64,000 bases of DNA, from the NCBI GenBank assembly GCA_036172245.1, contig JAYWIR010000005.1, forward strand, positions 2,108,001 to 2,172,000, given 5' to 3'. This DNA is from Raillietiella orientalis (lineage: Eukaryota). Positions within the stretch are counted from its first letter, which is position 1. Each line of letters opens with the position of its first letter. Shown piece by piece: positions 50,941 through 63,900 of the stretch. The notes under the pieces are model-generated. The model saw only the letters and a program-made list of their open reading frames with translations. It was not told the origin of the DNA and searched no databases. The translations under genes and the position numbers were made by a program.

Positions 50941-51949
50941 CAATGTGGGCTCGTGTGCATGAGGCAAGCGGCGTATGCATATGTGTGTGTGTACAATATA
51001 TATACATATATATGTACATATTTTCATGGTGCAGAGTTTGGCGGGTTTTTAAAAAAAAATTTTTTTTTTTTTTTCATGGAACGTCGGGTAAAAGAGGCAA
51101 CTTGCGATTCATCATCCACTTATGCAAGTTTGGTTTCAAAGTTACATATGAGCCAGTCGGTTGGGAGGTGGGGTGACAGAGAGTTCACCCTAGGCCTCTC
51201 GTTGCAAGCTCCCGAGGAAAGCGCTTGACAGATTTTCCGTCGGCGAAGCAAAAAAAAGCAGTGGAAGAGTCAAAGCAACGAACTGGCCAGATTCGAACGT
51301 CTCGACAGAGAATAGAGGATGGTGACGGACAGACACCTTCTTGTGCTAACCCCCCCCCCTCTCTCCCTCCCCTCCGAATTCACCACCACGAGATGCTGCT
51401 GCTGAGCCTCCAATAACGAAAGTGGGCATTTCGAAAATGGAAGTGTGCCCAGATCCTATGGGGAATGTGTGCGATAATTAGGGTCAGTTCGTTTCAGGAG
51501 AACTCAACTATGAACTCTGATAGCCACTCGCCCTACATCCGATGCCTTTGTTGCGTGATATACTCTTGACTTAACTGAATGAAACCAAACATGATTGATG
51601 AATCGGTGATAGCGAATGAAAGTCTGTATCCTGCGAGAGCAAACTCATCCTTGGAGAAGGTGCCAAGTTTGTTTTGGGGAACGCAGCATCGTTAGCTGGG
51701 TACGTGCGGACCACTTCCCAGGTTCAAGGTTCGAAGGACATCGTAAAATGAAAAATGGTGGAAAGGGAGGAAGGGAGGGGAAGTGGTTACTGACAGTGTA
51801 TTAGTCTGCTGATTAAAACGCAGCCGGGCTTTCGAAACCGTAAAGAGTCTGGTCACCGGAGGTTTCCGACGCTTTGTCAGAATGAAGCGGAACTTTCTAT
51901 TCAGCTTCTATCTGCCTTCACTCTATTGGCCTCCTCCTTCTTCTTCACA

Positions 51950-52740
51950 CATGCTTCATCATCCCTAGAGCAGAATGCAAACCGTGTTCCATCTACGGGA
52001 AGCACAGAATGCGAGCACTCGGGCCCTCTTGCAAGGTGGAGGCGAAGAGCGAGCATCCATCGCCGACGCACGCGGCGGGCAGGGTGGAATGGAGGAACGC
52101 GCTGAGAACCTGCACGAGAAACACCAGCAAATACACCCATGTTCCAAGGGATAAAGCAGTCCATGCCTTGAGAGAAGAAAACGACACTTAGCTGGAGAAG
52201 GCAGCGTCTCTAAATTCCAAGCTAGAAAATGTATGAAGCCGAAAACCGAAAACCATTCTTTGACAACTTGCTTGGAAGTCCTTCTTTCCATTTGGTTGGT
52301 TTGTTTGTTTTTTCGAAAAGAAAAAAAGAAAGTGTTGCTTTTGAATCGCTTGCAGATTATTCGTGAAGAGACTTCCGAACGAAAAGCTATGTTCGTGCAT
52401 TCCCACCCGACATGTAACGCCGCGGTTTGATACAGATGCGGTTCGGATGCTAATGAGCGTAACAAACGCGAGCAACAGTTTTCTTTTTTTTGCCACATCA
52501 ATCAAGCCTTGGATAGCTCATCTGGTTTTGACCTCGTAAAACCCTAAAGATAAACTATCAGCGGTAGCCAGTGCCCCAACGGACCGAGCAGAGAATTTGG
52601 AATGTAACACTCATTTGGAGGACGCGATGGCGGAGGTGTCTCAAAGTAGCCATCGCAAATGGTCTCTTAGTAGCATGGACTTTCTGGAAACGGGATCTTC
52701 CTGAACTACGCAGGGCATTCTGGCAGTCGTATAGGAGCCT
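51950..52740 (+). mobile_element. Degenerate piggyBac-family (PGBD-like) transposase remnant
   Basis: Frameshifted motifs in order: VP.YGKH, MFQG, KPFFDNLLGS (FDNxFTS), VPQ...CNTH.GGRD (YNxxMGGVD), VAIANG...DLPELRRAF. Confidence 0.6.
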
Positions 52741-54699
52741 GGATAGCGATGATGATTAAAAAAGAAAAGAGGGAAGAACTTCTTCTGATCTGCTTCCGCG
52801 TTTCTTGCTTTGATGTTTCTTTTTTTTTTTCAAGGGAAAACGTGGACCTCAAAGGGCCCTGCAGCCGGTCAGCTGTTTTGCATGGTTATCTGTGCAAATA
52901 TTTTTACATTCGCTGTTTGAATTCCGTTGATTCGCCTTGTCAGACATGACTCATTACATGCTCATTTTCCCTCTATAATGCTCCATCAAATCATCTTTTG
53001 CTTTCATCTCATACTGATGATCCGTGACGTCCGCTCTTTCCAGCATGACTCCTACTTTGGCGTTGTTCTAATTAAGAACTTCGCTCGTTTCATGGATCAG
53101 TTCAGCAGCAACTCCAGCCCTATTCTTCCATCTTGCAAATTACCTACTCCCCCCCTTTTGAGCTCCTCTGTAGCACAAATAAAGACAACATGCTCCTGAT
53201 GCTCTGGATGAAACAGCGCATCCTCTATCGCCCAGCGTTCATCCAATCTCTTTGGTAGAAGACGATCTTCCTCTCTCTGGGAATTCAGCGCAGCATTCTC
53301 GCGCATGCCGACGGCTAATTATGAGTGCCGGGACAAGTCGATGAGAAGGAATCATTGCATTTCCAATAACGGATTTTCCCTTTATGTAAATTGTAGAAAT
53401 TGTGGTTTTTGATACACTTTGAATGCAGCAGCTTAACGTGTCCTGCATATTTCCCTTTTTCCGGTTTTTCCTTTTCGCGTCTGTGTTCCTTCTATGTACA
53501 CGGAACGCGATTCTAATGACCCGAAAGCCTCATTGCACGGAACCGGGCTGCTAATCGCGTGTTTTCGCAAAAAAGCAGTTTGCAGGCCAGGAGTCGTTTT
53601 GCATGCCTCGGGAACTATGCAGTGGAATCCGCGGGCCCCACTCTCTTTGACTCGTTTCTCGTTTCAACTGCTCGGCTTCCTCGCAGAAGCCGCGAGGATC
53701 GTGTTTGCCCTTGCAGCAAGAGCCCGGGGGTTTCCTTCTTGCTCGGCTTTTGGAAAAATAGGGAGCTCGTTCTAAAGGGTTCCGAACTGGGCTTTGGTGA
53801 ATTCTTTCAAGCTCTGCTGGCGGCAAAGAGTCTAATAAAAAGCCTCTCGTATGTATAGAATTTCGAATCACCTCTGAAGTTCCTCATTGCCGGTCTCCAT
53901 ACCACCTTTCTAAAAATTCTCGATATCAGGCGACTGTCATTTCAGAAATGTCGGATAATGGAAGACATCGTCCAACATTCTAAAAACCACGTCTGACTAC
54001 TCACCAGTATGGACAACAGGTGTTGGACACTGGATGCTGAAAGAGCTAAAGTTTGGAAAACGAGAAACTTGGACTGGTCGGAAGAGAGCGCAACTCCTTT
54101 CTTGAGGAGCCTGAAAAGCGATGTGCTGGACTTCTAGATCAGAAGACTGTCACAGGCTATGCGATAAGCGTGCTCTCTTGTGTTCTCGGCAGCACTCGAG
54201 TTGCCTGGTGTTTCGAGAGCCCTGAAGCACTTGAATCTGCTGGATTCAAGGGAGCAGATAGACTGACAGGACAGCGTGTTTTCTGTTCCTCAGAACTGCA
54301 TCAGTGGATCATTTGAACACAGACTCTTGTGGAACTGGGACACCACTAAGCAGTAAAGAACACGCTCTCATGATTATGTCACAAGTAAGCACGTTTTACC
54401 GTGTACGAAGCCCCAGTCCAGTGTTACATCTGTTCCTGGCTTTCCTCAAAATGATCTCTATTTATCGTCTCATGTCAGATTCCTCCACTTCAGCTAATCA
54501 CAAAAGTTTTTCTTTTTCTTCTTTTAGCATGGGTTGTTTTTGATACGATTCCATGGAAAGGAACCGATGAATTAAAAAGGCAAGAAGCATCTAAGAGCCA
54601 CTAAGGAAATCATTTCCATGGAATAGGAACATAAAAACATTTTTGAATTCAAAGAACCCACTGTGCATAACTTTCGAGCTTCTATGCGCACTTTGTCTG

Positions 54700-55760
54700 G
54701 CATTTTTGATCTGCAAAACGGTATTCCGTGCTCCTCTGTTTCAGGAGGAAAGTGCCAAGTGTATTCCTATTTTGGAACTCAGAGGTGGGAAAAAAAAAAA
54801 GTCTCTCTTTGCTTCGCATTCTCCACTAGAATCTTCAGAGCTGCATATCCTTCAGTTGTTCCTAGTGGCAGTTTCATATTGCCGAGAAGCTGGGTCCCCT
54901 GCAAGGAAAACTCCTTTGCATAATCTCCAGTTTCCTGAAAAGCCACGCCGGTCGCCGTCGAGCACTTTGTAGAAAATGCTGGGTGCATCAAATACTGGAA
55001 ACGTGGATGCAGAGTTGTCTGAGGATCCAAAACGCGCAGCAGCAGAGTTTTTTGTCAAGGCAGTGTTTCCAAATCGCAACTGGTGCGTGGTATGCGGACC
55101 AACCTGAACCAGAAGGGACCACTCGGCAAGAAGTTCTGAAATATCTCCGAAACTTTGCAAAGAACAGTTCATTTTGCAAAGATTATCTCATCCCTTCATG
55201 TATCATTGACCTGATTATAGATTTCGTGAGGTTCCTCATGTGTGACATGTCGGAGGAAAGCGTTTTGCAACCTACTCCAATGCATCTCGAAAGGTGGCAG
55301 TGTATTTTCTGGAATCCTGACTGCAGACCTAATTGTCAGCGAAGATTACGGCCCTTTCAAAGCAATCAAATGCTAGGTGCTTTCGATACTCCCGATGGCT
55401 GTGTGCATTTTTGGCAGCTGCTGACCTTCCACAAATGGAAAACACAGTTGTCCTTCTGTTTTCGTTCCCATTCAAGAGAAAGCCGCCGTAGAAACACAAT
55501 GGGGTCACGGTTGGCTGTGCAAAGCAACACAAGGTGTCTTCCTCGTCCCGTGAGGGCCGGCGTTTCCGGAGAGCATCTGTCTTTCCAGTATGAAACACCC
55601 CCAGCAGTTTGATGTATCCGAAGACACCAGATTCGCGATCACATTCTTTGCTGACCCTCACCTTCTTTACCACGTCTTCAGCCTTACCACCATCGGATGC
55701 TCGGAATGTCTCTGCGCGCTTTGGGAAATCTTGTTTTCTTCCGTATTCTAAAAGCATCTC
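54700..55760 (-). mobile_element. Possible pogo/Tigger-like transposase remnant
   Basis: FRASDG (FxASxGW of the CENP-B-type HTH), LPPF...AF...Y, KTLLL...DN...HP. Highly decayed. Confidence 0.35.
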
Positions 55761-55869
55761 TCGTCAGAAGCAACAAGGGCAAACACCCTTGTTCTTTCCT
55801 TTAGCGGTTTTTCCACCCTCATTTGAGACACCCAAAGGCGTGCGCGCGTGAGTGTGGGTGGGTCGTCGC

Positions 55870-56290
55870 GATTCCAGCGGCGCTGGTCAGCTTTGGTGTG
55901 CTGCAAGGGGTTGCCAGTCGCCTTCTCCGGAAGCGCCTCCGCACCCAAGCTAGGAAGCGTCCCTTCGGGGTCCTCTTCAGAGGTGGGAACAAGGATCGGT
56001 TTCCCCGTGGGTGCCCTCCAGAAAAGGAATCCCAAGAGCATACCCTTTCCGGGTTCTCTTCGGAAAAAAACCTTCGGAGAACAAGCCCCTCCTGGAAAAT
56101 CCTTCTGGAGAGAAAAAGAAAGACGTTCCGTTCGAGGTTCCCTACAAAAACTCCTTCCTCAGAAGCTTTCCTAGATTCATACGATCGTCCCTCTAGGGTT
56201 ACTCCCAACTTGAAGAGTTACAAGTACCCTCGGGTGGTTTGGGCAGTGTTGGAGTGCTTTGCGACCCCCCCTTCCTCCCTAAGGAGGCAA
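55870..56290 (+). mobile_element. SINE-like repeat copy G (body and tail)
   Basis: GGAAGCGTCCCTTCGGGGTCCTCTTCAGAGG...AACTTGAAGAGTTACAAGTACCCTCGGGTGG matches copies B and D. Confidence 0.7.
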
Positions 56291-56536
56291 ACGGTTCTCC
56301 AGTAACCCTTGAGAACTCGAAAAAAAGGGAACCTGTCGGAACGAAAGCAGCGAAAACAAGAATCCAAAAGGATTTACATCATCCTGGAAGGAGGAAGCAA
56401 ACATCTAATTTCACAGGAGTAGAGGGCAGTCCCAATGATGATGAGGAAGAAAGAAAGTAATGCATCTCTTCGAGCCCAATGTTTTCTCCGGAGGAAACAC
56501 GGGAGGGGGACGCTCCATGTCTTCTTCCTCGATTTC

Positions 56537-58700
56537 CATCCGGGATGCCGGGGCATTTTTTAAAATGTAAAAGAAACTCTTAGACTGTGGAGGGACGCGT
56601 GATCTTATGATCCTACCACACTCCGTTTGTTCACGGACCTGCTGGGTCTCCACTGTCCACTGGAGAGAGTCCTCTGCATCCTCTCCAGGATGGTCCATCG
56701 CAGAAGTGCCGACTCCCGTCATTTAAGGGAAGGGCGCTGCTCTTCTTGAGCACCGGGGTCCACTCCAGGTCTTCGCTAGGAATGCAGAACAGTTCGTCCA
56801 AGAGCTGTAGTCCTCGTGGAAGGGCGCTCCGGGTCCCAGCGTGGATCAGCCGCCCCGTGATCCTTTCATTCATCAGCTTCCGCCTGTATGCCATCTCACA
56901 GGGGACTGGCCACCTCGGCGTTTGACTGTTGCCAGGTGTTTTCCTCAGTAAGGGCATCATTGCCGACGAGCGCCGGAGGGGGCCTCTTCTCGTTTCTTTT
57001 CCAGGGGACACCCTCGAGGGAACCGTTCCTTGTTCTCTCCTCCACTGACGATAACCCGAAAAGACGCCTCTCATCTTGGGTGCAGAAGCACTTCTCCGGA
57101 AGGCAGCTGGCATTGAATGGCAGGTTCTCTCAGCAATCTCGCTCAGAGGTCGGCATTTTCTTCTGGTCTTGTCTTCGGCGGAGGCGGACAGAATTGCTCC
57201 CTCCTATGGTTCCTGGATGTCTCTTGTCCAGTGTAACTCGTGGAGATGGTTGTCAAGTCCGTCCGTCGTCATTACCAAGCGGATACCGTCATTCAGACGA
57301 CACTTCCACCTTGTATTCCTGTGGCGTGGACTCACTTCCAGAAAGGGGAACCGTAGGGACCGATCTGTGAATGACTCCCAGCGTTGTCAGTACTGGCTGC
57401 TATCGAGGTAGCCACCACCTTTCCTCGATGAGCCTGCCACCGGCGGCCTTCCGTGGTATCCTGACGTCCATTTCCCATTTGACTGTCCAGCCCTCCTCAG
57501 CAGGCTGCTTCCAGAAGGCGCTTCCGACTCCTCCTCTTTCCCAACCTTTCCAGGAGCTCAAGACCTCTGGAAAGGTTTTCTTCGAGTGAGCAGCCGATGG
57601 ATCTTCTTCCGTTCCTGCAGTTCCTCCTCCATCTTGAGCTTTCTGATCGAGACTGGCCGAAAAAAACACGTTCTATTCGGCAGGAAGGTTCTTCCGTTGG
57701 TCTTAGTGATGAGCAGTCAAAAATATAGGATATCATGAGCCAGGTACCTCTCGGAGTGTTTTCTTGTGTCCCCCGAGAGACATCTTGGAGGAAAAAAAAA
57801 AAACGAAGGAAGTGTCCCAGTCCGGGATGAGCTCTTTGCTTCTCCCAGAAATCAGAGCAGCCCGCCTCGAAGCCCGACAGTTCCCTGACCGGAACTGAAC
57901 TCGGAGCTGGAGAGCAGCTCCTGTAGCCGCGATCCCCGAAAAGCGGCAGCCCACACAGGACTCACCTGGACCTCGTTCTCCGCAGCGAGGCTCCAGGATC
58001 TTCGAAACTGGATGCTTCGCATCCCGGTGGTGTTGCATCGCCGGATGGTTTAAGGTGGCCCTTGATGGGCTACGGTGTCCTCGAGGAACTTCGGACAGAG
58101 ACTGCCTTTGGCACCCTGCTGTCCAGAGGAAGCGGTCACGGACCTACTGCAACAATTCTTCACGCGAGGAGGACTCGTGTCAGGCTGCGGACGTGACCGC
58201 AACGAGATGCTGCATCCGCGTCATCGTCGCTGCCCGAAAGATACATTGGATGCAGCGAAGGGAGCTACTTGCGCGGCAGCCACCTTGGTGAAGATGACTG
58301 TTAGGTGGTCTCACCTGGAGCAACAAGTCTCCACGGAGATCTCCAGTGAGATGAGAGGGGAAGGTGCCTGGTCGAGGAGTCTCCATCCACACACGTTCTT
58401 TAGCCAGCACGGACAGGACCCCACAGGCAGTCCACCTCGAGGGCACCCGATCTGCTTTCCTCGTTGTCGGACCTCAGGACCACGTGTGGGACACAGTGGG
58501 TCCAGGAGACAGTGAGTGACCCGATCGCGATGGCTTCCGACTGGCTCTTGGATTCCGATCTCCGTTTCTGAAGACGTTCCGGAGTCGATAGAGCACACGA
58601 CCGATGGGACGGAGCCGCTTCTGCCTTCCGGCATTCCGCCGCCGAATGACGGCAGATTCCTCAGCTTCTGGAGAGTAGGAAGGTTACGGGGAGTAGGAAG
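56537..58700 (-). mobile_element. Degenerate Tx1/L1-like LINE: ORF1 end, APE and 3' tail, no recognisable RT
   Basis: Cys-rich ORF1 remnant at ~58500-58380. APE start TIRRCNTTGMR (~58045), FTDR and RWK motifs (~57370-57300). The 3' part GGATGCAGAGGACTCTCTCCAG matches the LINE tails at 5328 and 6360. Terminal CCCCGGCATCCCGGATG. Confidence 0.55.
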
Positions 58701-59415
58701 GTCCGGTGGTCATTCCCTGTGGGCTTCCCTTTTTTGCGTATGTTGCCCTCCGGGAGTGCGGTTTCCAGTGACCTGCGCGTTTTACTTGCTTCGGAACGGC
58801 GTGGGCAAGTCACAGCGCATCGCGGAGGCTGTCCCTGCCTTTTGCGACAGCCACGGGAAGGCGAAGTTCGTCGCCAATTCGCGATGTGAGATGGTGCCGC
58901 GCCCAAGAGCGTTTTGTACGCTTGTGGCGGTATCGTAGCACCTGGACTTGGCTCCGAGAGGAAACGGTGGTGGAAGCGGGTCAGAAAGACTCCGGAAGGA
59001 AGACGCGTCCGCTTCCTGGAGATGGAAGGAGGTTACTGATCCGGGCGGCGGGGAAGAGCTGCAGCAGGAGGAAGCCACACTGGGTTGCCGGGAACTTCTC
59101 GAGGAGGAGGACATGCGTTCGCCCCCGAGGTCCAAGTCATCTGAGTCAGGAACCCGCAAGGGAACTCGCGGCTTTCTTGAAGGCGGCTTGGGGGATTCCC
59201 GTTGCTACGGTGAGAACGCGAAGCGCGTGGCCGGGAATCCGTCTTTCGGTATGCAGGGCGCACCCTCGGATTGAGCAATCCGGACCACGAAGAGAGCAGC
59301 GGATGAGGCAAGGCAGTCTTTTTATCTCCCGGCGATCGGGTCCAGACGCAGTCAGCTTGCCGACTTGCCCTGCCGGCGTGGTGATGGTCTCCGGGTCACT
59401 CCGAGGTCTGGAGGC

Positions 59416-59647
59416 ATGAAGTCCCGTGAGGCTCACGTCGCTCTCGGCGCCTCGGCGCTCTGCACCGTGGCCGCCTGCGCCCAAGTGGTCTCCCTGTGCA
59501 GCAACTCGTGGGTGGTGGCGCAGCTAAGTCGCCGCCACGGCAACGGGACGGCGGACGAGCGCTCGCGGGGGACGGTCAGCATAGGACTCTTCCGAGGGGT
59601 GCAAGAGCTGGACGACGGTTACGGAGCAACGCCTCGCGACCTAGACA
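59416..59647 (+). CDS. First coding exon of a clarin-family tetraspan membrane protein (remainder not found in the window)
   Basis: MKSREAHVALGASALCTVAACAQVVSLCSNSWVVAQLSRRHGNGTADERSRGTVSIGLFRGVQELDDGYGATPRDLD. It has an N-terminal TM helix, a W, an N-glycosylation site NGT and a G-x-V-x-x-GLF-x-G...GYG motif typical of clarins. Ends at a strong donor A|GTGAGT. Confidence 0.65.
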
Positions 59648-60949
59648 GTGAGTTGCTATGCCTCTTCTTTCGCCTCGCTCGCAGGAACCGCCGTCAATGG
59701 GAAAAGAGGGAAGGGGGGAGAGGAGGAAGCAGGACGGGGAGGAGACCTCTGTTGCCAGGAAACCCGCCCCCATTCGAAGTTTCCGAGATGCCTGCGTCCC
59801 GCTCCGGTCGTCGGCGGGGCGACGCGCGCTTCCTCGTTCCTCTGCCCTTCCTCCCCTACCCCTCCCGAGGACCACCCCGTGGGTCTGTTCCACGTATTTC
59901 GTTGAACGCCGCCGGGGCGCTCAAGAAGTGGTCCCAGGAAAGACACCTCCGAGAACAGACGTGCCTCCGTACTTTCGCTCATCGGTCCCGTCCGCTATCT
60001 CCTCTCTTCATCCTCGAGGCAGTGAGACCTTCCTGAGGCGTCCGGAGACTCTTCTAACCCCATCCCAAATTTCTCCTCCTTCCTGCGCAGCCAAATCTTG
60101 GTAAGGGAGTCAGAAACCGCGTTCGACTGTTCGGATCGCTGAAGGATGCTGACCTGTCCGTCAGCTCCCTCTCTCCAGAAGCCCGAAGGGCACTCCCGTC
60201 CCGGGAACTGTCCGGTCCATTGTTCGCAATTGCGGGATTGTGAAATCGGGATCTTTGGAATTTCACACCTCCTGGGAACGCAGGAAAAAAAGATGGCTCG
60301 CGGCCGGGTCGCCCCACTGTCCCACAGTCGATGTCGCAGTCGTTCCCGTCAAGTCTGTGTGCCAACCCGGAGGGCACCGTGCGGGCGGATTGCGAAGTCA
60401 ACCCTCAAGGGGCACAAGTTACGGGCGTCTCGAGGGACGCGTCGCCCGCCTCTGGGAACGGGAAAGACCTGAGGTCCGCCCCGGAAGTGCAGCCATCAGC
60501 CACCCACCCCTCTCCCACAGATGCACGCGCACGTGAAGTTCCGCGACTCCCGCTGGTCTCCGTGCGGGAGGAAAACTGCTGCTGTTGGAGCGACGGCATC
60601 GCAAAGCTGCTTCCAGTCTCGTGCAGAGGGCTCCCCCCTTCCCTCTTTAGGAAACAGAAGTCACTCTCTTCGGCTCCCAGCAGCCCGCGTTTTTTCACGA
60701 CCTCCACGCCTCAGCTCGCCACAAGTCTGGGTGGGCATCACAATGGTCGAGATGGAGAGAAAGAAGACGCGCGAAAGCGGAAGATGCACGGACTAGGGAA
60801 GGGAGTATCCATGAAAGTTCATGTATTGGGAGGAGTAGAGGGGGATGAGGAAGAGCACAGGGGTTGAATGAGATTCCTAACAGAGCAGTGTGAATCCAAA
60901 TGTATGTAAGGAGTACATGACTGTGCGCAGTTGTCACCTGGTGGGGGGA

Positions 60950-63900
60950 AGAGTCGGGCGTAGAAGTCGTTGATGCTGCAGGGGAACCGGTAGATCACGC
61001 CATGATGGCAGATACCTCTTGCTCTTCCATCGGATGCTGGGGCAGAGTTCTGGGGTCTCTTCCGGAGAAAAGACTCTTCCAGAACGGAAAGCAGGAGTGA
61101 TTTCGAAGATGCACGCTCCTTTGCGAGAATTTCTTCGAAAGGGTCCAAGAGATGATGACGGCTCCAAGAACTGTCGGGACAAGAACGATGGCTGATGATA
61201 GTGGCATAAAAACGATGAATGGGGAGCTGATTTCTGTTGCGTCGGAAGAACGATGGCGTCGACAGTCGTGAACAGTTATTGAAGATGGATAAAAGTTGGT
61301 AGCAGTGTCCCTAATTCTGGAATTGCAATTAATGAATTGGGCGTAGGAGGGTGGAAGAAAAAATGCTGCACGCACCGCACTCATGGTGTAGCACTCTTTC
61401 TCGAGCCTGCAACCTTTTCCCTTTGCCGCGAGGGTTCCTCTAGAGAGAAACATCGTTGCTCGATAATCGCTCGTTAGGTCCCGGCATTCATCGATCAGCT
61501 TATCATGGATGAAGAAATGGCTTCCCATCTCTCAGAAGAGGGCACTTAGCATCGAGTTCCTCTCTGTAGTTCGTCAAAAGATCTTCCTCATTCGCCATGT
61601 TTCGGGAGCCTTGAGAGTATTCGGGGCACTGGGCAAGTAGCGGGGTCATTCGCGCACCTAGCAGATACCGGACCATTGCCGACAATGCAGAGGATCAAAG
61701 AAGTGCGCTCGGCACGTGCTTAGGAGAGCTGAGTGTTCCTCATATCTCAAAGTTCCCTTTCAGCTGGTTATCTCACAGACATGCAAATGAGCACAGCTCC
61801 AGGAGACCGAACTCTCCAGCGACCTCTGAGCAAGAGATGGTCCAAAGTTGATCCTCGTGAAGTTATCCTCGCACTTCATCCATCCTACTTTCAAACTTTC
61901 CATAGAACGCGATCATGCTCTGAGGATGCAGGTGAAGGCGTGAAGGTCTGTCTAGTTGCAACGAAGAACTGCTCTTGCAGAATCGGCACCGAAACTCTTC
62001 TATCACTGATCAAAGCAAACGCTCGAAGGCTGCAAGAGATGATGACGGCTCCAAGAACTGTCGGGATAAGAGCGATGGTTGTTGGTGGTGATAAAGAAAC
62101 TATGAATGGAGGATCGAGTGAGGACTTAAGGATTCCCATTTTTTTTCCTCGTGGAAAAAGCGTCGCTTTCCAAGCTGAGAAGGACTTGCTGGTAAGACCA
62201 GTCCAGGTGGTCAACTACATGCGCGGAACAGGTCTTTATGCATGGGAATCATGAGAAGCTGGTATGAATCTGATTCCCAGCTTTCCGGTTGGTGCTGTGA
62301 CTAGACAGAACCTTTCCCTCAACTCATCCTGAAAACATAAGGAAGGCCTCTTGAAACCCTCTTGAACGCCTGGCAGAGAGCATCCCCCTCCTCTGGACCA
62401 CTCTTCGTGTCATCCCGAGTGTTCAGGGGGAAGAGGAAGAGATCTCGTAGCAAAAGCGTGGGGATAAAGGAGAATTCCCTGACCTGGGAGAGACAGAAAC
62501 GATGCGGCATAATGAAGGATGCGTACTCCAGAGAGGACTCTCTTCTTCCGCGGTTGCTGCTCCCTTCCACTGGAGGACGCAAGGCAGGAATGCTTTTCCC
62601 CGACTCTCTCCTGGAAGCGTCAAGCCTAGGGGCCTCTCCCCAAACGGCGAAGCCGTCTCCGCGCTCTCTCCGTGGCAGACTTCGTGATGACAAGGAGTGC
62701 AAAACCACTCTTCATGATTTCATTGACATGATAATGCTCCTTGAATAGGCCTCGAATTACGTGAGGTGAAACATTCTTAACAGACAAGATCGTGTGCAAC
62801 ACCTTTAGATTTAGGGAAGGGTGGACAAATGCAGTGCGCCAAATGGTCCAAAGGTCCGTTGTAAGCTTTGACCTCAAGCTCAGCAACAAGGCAGCTGAAT
62901 CTTCCTTTCGCCTCCAATCTCGAGGCGCTAAGCAAGGCGCTGACTGGACGATGAGGTTTTTGAAAGCCTCGGACTGCTTCTTGCAAGCGTTTCCTCCCGC
63001 CTGCTTAGCTTTTGCTCACTTACGCCTACCTTAGAACTGCGCGCGTGTTCTAGAATCTGTACGACCCCAAATTGGGCTCTTACCGGAAGGGTGGTTGAGA
63101 GGACAAGTACACGCGATGCACGGGTCTCCTCCGTTTGCTCCGACTCTACTGGACGATCTTGCCCTTCGAAGCCTCGAACCCATATCTAGCGCGCGTTTCT
63201 CCTGAACCAAGGTAAAGTGCTAAAACCTTTCTCGAAGGAAGGACTCTTTCGGAACGCTCACAAAAGCAATCTCGAAGACGGACGCTCCCGCGCAACTTCT
63301 TCGGAGGAGCGCAGCGGCTGGCGCTGGTGTGGAGAGCATCTGCAGAAGACCGCCGATCGATGGGATCTCAGAAGAGCTGCTCAGGCCTTCCTGACAGAAA
63401 GGTGCCCTCGGAAGAGAATTCCCATGCACCTCGGAGAAGAGATGGACCGATACAAAGTGATGAGACACTGTAGTTCCCGGAGGTGCCGAGTCGAAGCTCG
63501 TGCGCGCTCACATCTCGAGAGGTCTTAATCGCTTCCATGACCGCTTCTTCCTCGACGGTGGCTCTGCAGGCGGGTCCGAACGACCTGCGCGAAATCACGT
63601 CGGGGTTTCCGCGGAAGATGTGCTCTTGCGAAAGGCGCACACCAAGTCCACGTCGTGTTTGGGAAAATCGGGGACCTGCAGGACCACGAGGCGTGCTCCA
63701 TCCCATTATCACAGTGCCAGATTAAAGGTTGCAATGCGCTTGATAAATCAGCAGCTGATCCATCTCGCGTTGCTCAATCGAAGGCACTCTGCTGCTTGCG
63801 AAACCGAGTTTCACTGATGATCAAAGGATTAACCTTCGAGCAAGCAAATGATCACAGGCGAGCTGCCGCGTGCGCCGCCTGGAGTGCATTCGATCAGCGC

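Noticed and set aside
61100..61960. Hammerhead ribozyme cores in the Penelope-like cluster (TCGAAGATGCA...TGCGAGA; CTGAGGATGC...GCGTGAAG)
   Set aside because: The catalytic CUGA/GAAA cores are not intact, and the sites appear to fall in RT-coding remnants.
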